Source: Planctomycetota bacterium (GTDB lineage: Bacteria > Planctomycetota > SZUA-567 > H5-PLA8). Taken from it: a stretch of 20,328 nucleotides of DNA. The translations under genes were made by a program, and so were the position numbers. The notes beneath the pieces are model-generated. The model had not been told where the DNA came from, ran no database searches, and saw only the letters and a program-made list of their open reading frames with translations. The stretch spans positions 1 through 20,328 of the forward strand of contig BTVV01000112.1 of NCBI GenBank assembly GCA_045863855.1, given 5' to 3'. This document shows positions 1 to 7,549 of this stretch, piece after piece (position 1 is the first letter of the stretch; every line of letters starts with the position of its first letter).

Positions 1-103
1 GGCTTGAAGCCTCTTAAAAGTGGCAAGATTTTGGCAATGTAGGGAGAATTAGGGGAGTGGGCAATCACGCAACCCTATTTCTCGTCGGAAGTAATAAGAA
101 AAC

Positions 104-195
104 TGGCGGAGAGGGTGGGATTCGAACCCACGATACGGTTTAACCCGTATGCCGCCTTAGCAAGGCGGTGCGATCGGCCACTCTGCCACCTCTCC
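104..195 (-). tRNA. tRNA-Ser (anticodon GCT)
   Basis: Reverse complement reads GGAGAGGTGGCAGAGTGGCCGATCGCA-CCGCC-TTGCTAA-GGCGG-CATACGGGTTAAACCGTATC-GTGGGTTCGAATCCCAC-CCTCTCC-GCCA. It has an acceptor stem, GCT anticodon, long variable arm (type II), TTCGAAT T-loop, G discriminator and encoded CCA. Confidence 0.97.
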
Positions 196-239
196 GCCGA
201 GGCAGAAACACGGCCGGAGCCGTGTGCTATGACCGGGGG

Positions 240-267
240 TTTATACCAGTAGTCGCAGGCTTTGCCA
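240..267 (-). promoter_or_regulatory. Putative sigma70 promoter of tRNA-Ser
   Basis: Minus strand TGGCAA-16 nt-TATAAA with an extended -10 TG, about 45 nt upstream of the tRNA 5' end. Confidence 0.45.
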
Positions 268-383
268 CTCCGTGTTTGCATTCCCCGACTCGGACCTGCG
301 CTTCGCAAATCCTGCGCCCGATATGCGGCCATTCGGGACGAACCGCCGCTTGTCTCGCTCGCCGCATGGGTTATGCCGAAACC

Positions 384-1526
384 ATGAGTGCTTCGGTTTC
401 GGATGTCCTGATCGTCGGCGGCGGATTGGTGGGATTGGCCACCGCCGAAGCGGCGTTACGGCGCGGCCTCTCGGTCACGGTGCTGGAACGCGAACGCTTT
501 GGCGCGCGGGCCTCATGGGCCGGCGCGGGGATGCTCAACAACCGCCCGTGGCCCCGCACGCAAGACCCCGACTACCACGATCTGATGCGCGCCAGTCTCC
601 GTTTGCATGAGGAATGGGCGGCACGCTTGCGCCATGAAACCGAGATCGATCCGGGCCATGTCATCTGTGGCGCTCTGGAAATCTTCGTGGCGGGCGACCC
701 GCAGGCGGCGGAGCAGTCGGCGCGGCTGCTGGAAGGCGCGGCCGAGCGCGGAGTCCGCGCCGAGCGCGTCGGCCGCGAACGGATTCGCGAACTGGAACCG
801 CAGATCGATCTTTCGGCCATCGATCACGCTCTGCTGTATCCCGACGACGGGCAGGTGCGCAACCCCCGGCTGGCTAAAGCGTTGATCGCTTCATGCCGCC
901 AGCGCGGAGCGAGGATGCTTGAGGCCGCGGAGGTCGCGGACTTGGCGGTGGAGGGTACGCGAGCGGTCGGTGCGGTCACGGCCGACGGCCGTCGCTTCGA
1001 GGCCAAGCAAATCGTGGTTTGCGCCGGCGCGTGGACGGGAACCTTTAAGGAACTCGCTCAACGCGTGCCGCGCATTCAGCGCATCGAGCCGGTGCGCGGG
1101 CAGTTGGTGTGTTACCAAACCGAACCGGGAATGCTGACGCGCCTGCTGACGGCGGAGCATCGCTACCTCGTCCCCCGCCCTGACGGTTTGCTGCTTGTGG
1201 GAAGCACCATGGAACGCGTCGGATTCGATACGACGACCACTCCGGAAGGGCAGACCGAACTGCGCGCATTCGCCGAGCGCTGGCTGCCTGCGCTCGTCGA
1301 CCGCGAACCGGTGCAAGGCTGGGCTGACGTGCGGCCGGGCTTGAAAGGTTCCCATCCCATCATGGGCCCGGTGCCCGGCATGACGGGCTTGTTCGTCGCA
1401 GCAGGACATTTTCGAAACGGGATCGGCCTCGCGCCGATTACGGGCGAGATCATGGCCGCGTTGCTGGCCGGCCAAAAACCTCCGATACCGATCGAACCAT
1501 GGCTGCCTCGTGCCGCGCAAGACTAA
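384..1526 (+). CDS. thiO: FAD-dependent glycine oxidase (ThiO / DAO family)
   Basis: N-terminal VLIVGGGLVG dinucleotide motif, ASWAGAGML, VVCAGAW, PVRGQ and C-terminal GHFRNGIGLAP. Start placed at ATG 384 because the longer ORF from 168 overlaps the tRNA. Confidence 0.8.
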   Translation: MSASVSDVLIVGGGLVGLATAEAALRRGLSVTVLERERFGARASWAGAGMLNNRPWPRTQDPDYHDLMRASLRLHEEWAARLRHETEIDPGHVICGALEIFVAGDPQAAEQSARLLEGAAERGVRAERVGRERIRELEPQIDLSAIDHALLYPDDGQVRNPRLAKALIASCRQRGARMLEAAEVADLAVEGTRAVGAVTADGRRFEAKQIVVCAGAWTGTFKELAQRVPRIQRIEPVRGQLVCYQTEPGMLTRLLTAEHRYLVPRPDGLLLVGSTMERVGFDTTTTPEGQTELRAFAERWLPALVDREPVQGWADVRPGLKGSHPIMGPVPGMTGLFVAAGHFRNGIGLAPITGEIMAALLAGQKPPIPIEPWLPRAAQD

Positions 1527-1538
1527 AAGGATGACGCG

Positions 1539-2123
1539 ATGCGAACGCTATCGTTAAACGGATTGCAACCGGTAGTGCGTACACTGGTGGCAAACGGCTT
1601 GGCCGACGGCCTGCCTCGCACTCTGCCGCTGGGCGAACCCTTGGCGCAAGCACGCGAATCGCTGCTCAAACTAAGTGCCGCCACGCTGGGCGAAAGCCCG
1701 CCGGCCTCGCATCAGGACGCGCAGGGGTTGCTTGCCGGACTGTGGCTGCTGTTCGACTTCATGCCCGAGAGCCACGCGATCTCGCAGGAACTGCACACCG
1801 CGGAAGGCAGCTACTGGCACGCGATCCTGCACCGCCGCGAGCCGGATGCGTCGAACGCGCGCTACTGGTTCGGACGGGTGGGCAATCATGCGCTATTCGC
1901 GGAACTGAACCGAGATGCGCGCGAGATCGCGGAATTGCACCCGCAAGCGGATCTAAAGGGATTGGCCGATCAAAAAGCCTGGGATCCGGACGAGTTTGTT
2001 GCGCGCTGCACGCACCCCGCGCAGGGTGCGACGCTCGAAGCGCTGCTGGCGCTCCAGCAGCGCGAATGGGCGCTCCTGTTCGATTATAACTTAAGTCGCG
2101 CATTTCCCTCGGCCAACCGATAG
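1539..2123 (+). CDS. Conserved hypothetical protein (helical, His/Trp motif SHxISQ...YWHAILHRREPDxSNARYWF)
   Basis: 194-aa ORF, AAGGA RBS, 12-15 nt gaps to both neighbours, protein-like composition. Function unknown. Confidence 0.8.
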   Translation: MRTLSLNGLQPVVRTLVANGLADGLPRTLPLGEPLAQARESLLKLSAATLGESPPASHQDAQGLLAGLWLLFDFMPESHAISQELHTAEGSYWHAILHRREPDASNARYWFGRVGNHALFAELNRDAREIAELHPQADLKGLADQKAWDPDEFVARCTHPAQGATLEALLALQQREWALLFDYNLSRAFPSANR

Positions 2124-2138
2124 CCCAAGGAGTCTTTC

Positions 2139-3227
2139 ATGGCGGACAGCCCAATGCTGGTCTTTGTGGGCAGCTACGCGAGCGCCGAGCAAGAAGCGCT
2201 TTACGTGTATCGATTTGATTCTGCGAAGGGCGCCCTTCAAAAGGTAAGCGGGTTCACGGGTCTTCCGAATCCTACATTTTTGGCGCTTCATCCGAGCGGC
2301 CGATTTCTATACAGCATCGGCGAAACCGGGAACTACCAAGGTAAGCGCGAAGGCTGCGTCGCGGCATTCGCCGTGGATTCGAGCGCGGGCACCTTGAAAC
2401 TCCTGAACCAGCAGTCCACCGGCGGGCCGGGACCCTGCCACCTCTCGGTAGATGCCGGCGGGCGCTGTGCAGTGGCCGCGAATTACAGCGGCGGAAGCGT
2501 CTGCGCGCTGCCGCTCGGCGATGACGGCTTGCTGAAGCCAGCGGCCAGCTTTCACCAGCATTCGGGCAAGGGTCCGAACGCCAAGCGCCAGGAAGGCCCG
2601 CACGCGCATTCGGCCAATCTTTCGCCCGATCAGCGTTTCGTTTTCGTCTGCGATCTGGGCATCGATAAGGTCGTCGCGTACGCGCTGGACGCCGCACGAT
2701 CGGTGTTGACGCCGCACCCGGCCGGAGACCTGTCGCTGGCTCCGGGGGCGGGACCCCGACATATGACCTTTCATCCCAGCCGCCGCTTTGCCTACGTGAT
2801 CAACGAACTGGGCAATACGGTCGATGCCTGCCTCTACGATGAAGCCGCGGGGACGCTCCGAATTCAGCAGACGGTCCCCACCCTGCCCCACGGATATGCG
2901 GACGAAAGCACTACGGCCGATGTGCATGTATCGGCGGACGGGCGCTTTTTATACGGGAGCAACCGCGGGCACGACAGCCTGGCGCTGTACGCGATCGATT
3001 CGGCCTCGGGGCTCCTCGCGCCGCTGGGCCACGAGTCGACGCGCGGGCGCACGCCGCGCAATTTTGGGCTCGATCCGAGTGGGAACTGGCTCTTGGCGGC
3101 GAATCAGGCGACCAACAACATTATCGTCTTCCGGCGCAACCCGGAGAACGGCCGCTTGACGCCCGCTGGGCCCGTCACGGAAGTTCCGCGGCCGGTTTGT
3201 GTGAAGTTTCTGACCGTTAAGCCTTAA
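2139..3227 (+). CDS. pgl: 6-phosphogluconolactonase / lactonase family 7-bladed beta-propeller
   Basis: Motifs VFVGSY, NPTFLA, GPCHLS, ANYSGGSV, RQEGPHAHS, GAGPRH, SNRGHDS, TPRNF, ANQ, PVCVKF; AAGGAG RBS. Confidence 0.9.
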   Translation: MADSPMLVFVGSYASAEQEALYVYRFDSAKGALQKVSGFTGLPNPTFLALHPSGRFLYSIGETGNYQGKREGCVAAFAVDSSAGTLKLLNQQSTGGPGPCHLSVDAGGRCAVAANYSGGSVCALPLGDDGLLKPAASFHQHSGKGPNAKRQEGPHAHSANLSPDQRFVFVCDLGIDKVVAYALDAARSVLTPHPAGDLSLAPGAGPRHMTFHPSRRFAYVINELGNTVDACLYDEAAGTLRIQQTVPTLPHGYADESTTADVHVSADGRFLYGSNRGHDSLALYAIDSASGLLAPLGHESTRGRTPRNFGLDPSGNWLLAANQATNNIIVFRRNPENGRLTPAGPVTEVPRPVCVKFLTVKP

Positions 3228-4332
3228 GCGGCACGCAAGATTCGCGCAGCACCAGCGCGGCGCCGATCTTAACGTTTTCGCGAGCGACCTCGCGTGCATC
3301 GCGCTGGCCCACGATGTGATTCACCGCGGCAAGCGCAAGCTTCTCGATGTTCAAGTGCACGCTGGTGAGCGGTACGGGCAAGTCCGTGGACCATGGCGTG
3401 TCGAAGAAGCCCACCACCGAAACATCTTGCGGGATGCGCAGACCCATCGCAGGCAGGTGGCGAAACCACGCTTCGGCCAGGAAATCGGCCGCTACCAATA
3501 CGGCGGTGGGACGATCGGCACGGGCGAAGGCTTCGCGCATGCGCTGTACGCCCGGACCGTCGTCCTTATTCTCGGGCCCCAGCAAATCGATGCGCAGCGC
3601 GCCTCTGGCCTCTTGGTTAAAGCGCTCCAGCCCGCGAAAGACATCCTCCTCGTAAGCTCCGCGCGCGAGTGGACGGCCGAAGGAATGGAACGCAATGTTC
3701 CGGTGCCCTAAGCCGTGCAGGTAGCGGCCGACCTGGAATCCGGCGTCCTCGTAGTCGAACAGAATATACGTGGCGTCGGGACGCTCGGGATGCTCCCATC
3801 GATTGATTACCACCGGATCGCGGATGCGCTTAGCGTGGCGGCGCAGTTCTTCAAAGAGGAGCAGATCCCCATGGTAGGGGTTGCTCCCCGACATGCCGTC
3901 CACGATCAAAGCGCCCGGCTCGCCGTGAATCAGTTCGCGCAACCGCAGTTGCCGAACATACCGCATCGGTTCGGCTTCCAAATCGCAGACCACCACCGCC
4001 GCGCCGTGCCGCGAGAGCGCCTCCTTAAGGCAGGAAAAGATATCGCCGTAAAAGTGGCCCGATGTGCGGGCGAACACGCCCACGGCAAAGTCGGCCGCGC
4101 CGCTCAAAGAAGTGGCCGAAGCCACAAACGTTCCGCGGCCTTGCGTGGCATTCAGGACGCGTGCCTCGATCAGTTCCCGAATTACGCGTTGAACGGTGTT
4201 CAAACTGACTTTGTAGCGGTTTGCCAAGGTCCGAAAGGGCGGTATGCGCTCGCCGGGCTTCAGATCGCCGGTGCGAATGGATTGGATCAGATCGGCTTTA
4301 AGCGGATCGCCGAGAAAGCCATCGCCTTTCAA
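3217..4332 (-). CDS. GntR winged-HTH + LacI-type sugar-binding domain regulator (AraR-like)
   Basis: LKPGERIP...LANRYKVSLNTVQR...QGRGTFV is the GntR HTH. GLRIPQDVSVVGFFD...PLTSV...LVLRES is the LacI C-terminus. TTG start with GAGGTG RBS. Overlaps the pgl 3' end by 11 nt. Confidence 0.9.
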   Translation of the reverse strand: MKGDGFLGDPLKADLIQSIRTGDLKPGERIPPFRTLANRYKVSLNTVQRVIRELIEARVLNATQGRGTFVASATSLSGAADFAVGVFARTSGHFYGDIFSCLKEALSRHGAAVVVCDLEAEPMRYVRQLRLRELIHGEPGALIVDGMSGSNPYHGDLLLFEELRRHAKRIRDPVVINRWEHPERPDATYILFDYEDAGFQVGRYLHGLGHRNIAFHSFGRPLARGAYEEDVFRGLERFNQEARGALRIDLLGPENKDDGPGVQRMREAFARADRPTAVLVAADFLAEAWFRHLPAMGLRIPQDVSVVGFFDTPWSTDLPVPLTSVHLNIEKLALAAVNHIVGQRDAREVARENVKIGAALVLRESCVPLKA

Positions 4333-4384
4333 CGCGGCACCTCAAAGGTTGGGACCTACGCCAAACACTTTAGCTCCTTCTTAG

Positions 4385-4401
4385 TTGATATCAATGTGTT
4401 A
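4385..4401 (+). promoter_or_regulatory. Palindrome TTGATATCAA overlapping an IHF-consensus match in a divergent promoter region
   Basis: TTGATATCAA at 4385-4394; TATCAAtgtgTTA at 4389-4401 matches WATCAANNNNTTR. Lies in an AT-rich intergenic stretch. Confidence 0.3.
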
Positions 4402-4504
4402 CAAATAATTGAATGCCTCCGTATGCTCGTGAAGTCCGAACTTCACCGAACCTTGGGTGGACTCTGTGCATACATTCCCATAAGGATAGGTTCGGGAGCC
4501 AAGC

Positions 4505-5494
4505 GTGGCGAAATTCAGTTACGGCAGCGTGCTAGTAACCGGAGGCGCCGGATTTATCGGCAGCCACCTGACCGAAGCGCTGCTTGCACTCGATTGCCGC
4601 GTAACGCTGCTCGATGATCTTTCGACCGGTTCTTGGCGCAACATCGCGCACCTGCACGACCATAAGAATCTTCGAGTCCTCAAGGCCTCAGCGCTCGAAC
4701 CCGATGTCCTGGATCGCGAAGTGCCGGCGCACGACCTCGTCTACCATCTCGCCAGCGCCGTGGGCGTGAAGCTGATCATCGACCAACCGGTGAAGACGGT
4801 GGAGACGATTTTCCGCGCTGCGGAGACGGTACTGGGCGCGTGTTCGCGCTACCGCCGCCCAGTCCTGCTGACCTCCTCCAGCGAAGTATACGGCAAACTC
4901 AAGGAAGTGCCGTTCCGCGAGGATGCGGATGTGGTGATGGGTCCGACCGAAAAGCGGCGTTGGGCGTACGCGTGCGCGAAAGCCCTGGACGAATTTCTGG
5001 CGCTGGCGCACTTCCATGAAACGCGTCTTCCGGTCTTCATCGTGCGGCTCTTTAATACGGTCGGACCGCGCCAAGTCTCGCAGTACGGCATGGTCCTGCC
5101 GAACTTCGTCGAGCAGGCTCTCGAAGGCAGGCCGCTCACGGTTTACGGCGACGGCACCCAACAGCGCTGTTTCTGCTCGGTCTTCGACGCCGTGGATGCC
5201 TTGATACGCCTGCCCCAGCAGGCCCATGCGGCGGGGCAGGTCGTGAACGTAGGTTCACAGGAAGAAACGAGCATACTGGATTTGGCCAAACGCGTGATCA
5301 AGCTGACCGGCTCGAAGTCCGAGATTCGACTGGTACCGTACGAACAGGCCTACGGTCCGGGCTTCGACGATATGGCGCGCCGGGTTCCGGACCTCACGCG
5401 TGCGCGCGACCTGATGGGCTGGACGCCCCAACGCGGCTTGGACGAGATCATCCGGGACGTGATCGCGGATCGACGCTCCTACCGGCCCAATTAA
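4505..5494 (+). CDS. NAD-dependent nucleotide-sugar epimerase/dehydratase (extended SDR)
   Basis: VLVTGGAGFIGSHL, DDLSTG, SSSEVYG, catalytic YACAK (YxxxK), RLFNTVGPRQ, GDGTQQRCF; GTG start with GGAG RBS. Confidence 0.93.
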   Translation: MAKFSYGSVLVTGGAGFIGSHLTEALLALDCRVTLLDDLSTGSWRNIAHLHDHKNLRVLKASALEPDVLDREVPAHDLVYHLASAVGVKLIIDQPVKTVETIFRAAETVLGACSRYRRPVLLTSSSEVYGKLKEVPFREDADVVMGPTEKRRWAYACAKALDEFLALAHFHETRLPVFIVRLFNTVGPRQVSQYGMVLPNFVEQALEGRPLTVYGDGTQQRCFCSVFDAVDALIRLPQQAHAAGQVVNVGSQEETSILDLAKRVIKLTGSKSEIRLVPYEQAYGPGFDDMARRVPDLTRARDLMGWTPQRGLDEIIRDVIADRRSYRPN

Positions 5495-5597
5495 CCCTGC
5501 ACTATGCGATTGCAAGGCATTTGATCCCAACAAGTTGCGGAAATTTATCGAGATTCCGATAACCTGGCCTGCATTCAAAACATTTTAAGGAATGAGC

Positions 5598-6122
5598 ATG
5601 TCCCGGCCTGCTGCGGATTGGGACGATTGGATTAAGCAGCATTGGGCCGAGGTTTACAGCCTCCTGGTCGCCGCCACGGGCGACCGCGCGCTGGCAGAGG
5701 ATCTTGCTCAGGACATTTGGCTCACGGCTTGGCGGAAGGGTCTTCGCGCCGGACCGGGTGCGCGGGCTTGGTTCCGGCGAGCTGCGCGATACGTGGCTTT
5801 GAATGCAAATAGGAAGGCCCATCCGCGCGCTCTGGATCCTGAAGCGCTGGCCGCATGGATGGATGCGCAAGCAGTGAATTCCGAGGAAGTCGGCGGGGGG
5901 TTCGAAGAAGAGCGCGAAGATCTGAGGCGTTGCTTGAAGGCTCTACCAGAGGCGGACCGCGAACTTCTGGCTGACTTTTACGATAAACAACGCCCAATCG
6001 TAGAGCTGGCAAAGGCAAGCGGACAGTCGCCAGGCTACGTGAAACAGAGATTGTTCCGGTTGCGCTTAGAACTGCGCGCATGCCTGGAGCGGGGCAGGAA
6101 GGGATCCACAGCGCATGATTAG
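5598..6122 (+). CDS. ECF sigma-70 factor
   Basis: Sigma2 (AEDLAQDIWLTAW...WFRRAARYVALN) and sigma4 (LRRCLKALP...GYVKQRLFRLR..LRACL) only. AAGGA spacing favours ATG 5598 over 5592. Confidence 0.88.
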   Translation: MSRPAADWDDWIKQHWAEVYSLLVAATGDRALAEDLAQDIWLTAWRKGLRAGPGARAWFRRAARYVALNANRKAHPRALDPEALAAWMDAQAVNSEEVGGGFEEEREDLRRCLKALPEADRELLADFYDKQRPIVELAKASGQSPGYVKQRLFRLRLELRACLERGRKGSTAHD

Positions 6123-7437
6123 CGGCCCTTCTTCCGAACGACCGTGGGGCGATGCCGAACCGCCTGCCGATCCGGCGGCATTCGAGACTTGGGCGGCACG
6201 CACGGAACGCGAACGCGATGCTGCTCAACGCCTGGATGAAGAATTGCTCCTCGATGCGCTGCTTCACGCGGAGCTTGCGGAAGAGATTCCTCCGGCGCCC
6301 GCGCGCACTCGATCCGCAAGAACGGCAGTTCCTCAGTCGACTCGAACGGTCTGGAATGGGGGCTGGCTTGCGACGGCCGGAAGCATCGCAGCGCTGATCG
6401 CCTTGACCGTACTAACGGGGTGGTTGTACGGACGCCGGAGCGCGGACGGCCCGGTGGTGGAGCGCGGCTCGCTTACACCTGTAGGCTCGTTGGGGCCAGA
6501 TCGCGAATTACTGAAGGTGCAGAAGAACGGCCCTGCCCAGGTGCTGTTGAAAGACGGATCGCGCGCGGAATTCGCTTCGGGAAGCGTAGTCAAGCTGGCT
6601 GCCCCTCGGCGCGTGGAATTGCATGACGGGAGCGGGCGGTTCAAAGTCGTGCCGGGATCAGAACCGTTCCGCGTTTGGACGCCACGGGGCGAGATCGAGG
6701 TGCTGGGAACGGAGTTTTCTGTGGAACTGCGCGGCGGGGTGCCGCCACAGCCGGTTACGGGAGGTGGGGACGATATGGACACGAGTCGAAAGCTGGGTCT
6801 GGCCTTGGCCGTGGCGGTTCTGGCCGGGCGCGTGGAAGTACGCCGCGACGGGGAACGGGTGACGTTGAGCGCTGGAGAAAGCCGAGTCTTCGCAGAGGAG
6901 GACGCGGGCGAGGAGGGTCGCGCGGTCGCCAACGCGAACAAAGATCGGCAGCAGGGGCTCCGCGCGGCGCGCGCGGCACTCTCGAACGCCTTGGGCAAGA
7001 CACCTGCCGAAGCCCATGCGGGGCTGGAAGAGGCCATGGCGGCGCTCGAAAAGGCGGAAGTCGAGTTAGAAGACGCGGAGGAAGCGGCCGGTGAAGCGCG
7101 CGGCGCCGAAGGTCGAGCCAAAGCGAGGGAAGCGGTCAACAAGGCCGCAGCCAAACCGCTCGATGCGCTAGCCAAAGTTGCCGGTCAAGCACCCGAACAA
7201 GCCCGAGCTTCCATCGAGCAGGCGATGAATGAAGTGAAGAAGGCGCAAGAGCGAGTTCTAAAAGGGTTGGATAAAGGTGACGAAGCGGGCGGCGACCGGC
7301 CAGACGAAGGTCTCGGTAATCGAGGAGGTCCGCCTGAAGGCGTCGGCAAGCGCGGCGGTCGGCCCGATGGCGCGGGCCAGGGCGGCGGTCGGCCGGAAAG
7401 AGCTGGGAAAGCCGGCGGAAAGCCGGACGAGTTCTAA
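6115..7437 (+). CDS. FecR-domain anti-sigma factor with TM helix and Ala/Glu/Gly-rich C-terminus
   Basis: 8-nt overlap with the sigma gene; TM helix WLATAGSIAALIALTVLTGWLY; FecR motifs LKDGS, LHDGSGRFKV, FRVWTPRGEIEVLGTEFSV, VAVLAGRVEV, LSAGE. Confidence 0.85.
   Translation: MISGPSSERPWGDAEPPADPAAFETWAARTERERDAAQRLDEELLLDALLHAELAEEIPPAPARTRSARTAVPQSTRTVWNGGWLATAGSIAALIALTVLTGWLYGRRSADGPVVERGSLTPVGSLGPDRELLKVQKNGPAQVLLKDGSRAEFASGSVVKLAAPRRVELHDGSGRFKVVPGSEPFRVWTPRGEIEVLGTEFSVELRGGVPPQPVTGGGDDMDTSRKLGLALAVAVLAGRVEVRRDGERVTLSAGESRVFAEEDAGEEGRAVANANKDRQQGLRAARAALSNALGKTPAEAHAGLEEAMAALEKAEVELEDAEEAAGEARGAEGRAKAREAVNKAAAKPLDALAKVAGQAPEQARASIEQAMNEVKKAQERVLKGLDKGDEAGGDRPDEGLGNRGGPPEGVGKRGGRPDGAGQGGGRPERAGKAGGKPDEF
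7288..7434 (+). repeat. Degenerate in-frame 30-bp tandem repeat (about 5 copies of GGxP(D/E)xxG)
   Basis: GGDRPDEGLG / NRGGPPEGVG / KRGGRPDGAG / QGGGRPERAG / KAGGKPDEF. DNA GCGGCGGTCGGCC recurs at 30-nt spacing. Confidence 0.7.
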
Positions 7438-7446
7438 GCGGTTCTG

Positions 7447-7477
7447 CCCTCTCCCGTCCGCCATGGGCGGGAGAGGG
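7447..7477 (+). terminator. GC-rich hairpin after the fecR-like gene (terminator or REP-like palindrome)
   Basis: CCCTCTCCCGTCC-gccat-GGGCGGGAGAGGG, a 13-bp stem with one G-U pair. The U-tract is weak (ATTT). Confidence 0.55.
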
Positions 7478-7549
7478 ATTTCCCTACGCTGCATTCCCAA
7501 AGCCAAGCTGGGCGTTACAATGCCATCCCTCGGCGCGGAGTGGATCGGC

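Noticed and set aside
104..195. Long-arm tRNA as possible tRNA-Sec or suppressor
   Set aside because: GCT anticodon, 7-bp acceptor stem and G73 indicate an ordinary tRNA-Ser.
75..332. 85-aa minus-strand ORF
   Set aside because: It is a translation through the tRNA gene.
168..383. N-terminal extension of the thiO ORF
   Set aside because: It overlaps the tRNA and its promoter, and the Rossmann motif begins right after ATG 384.
270..383. TPP riboswitch upstream of thiO
   Set aside because: No GCTGAGA or CCTGA...GCGTAGG signature is visible.
7277..7549. Extension of the MshEN-PilZ ORF
   Set aside because: It overlaps the fecR-like gene and the hairpin; the RBS and domain start support ATG 7550.
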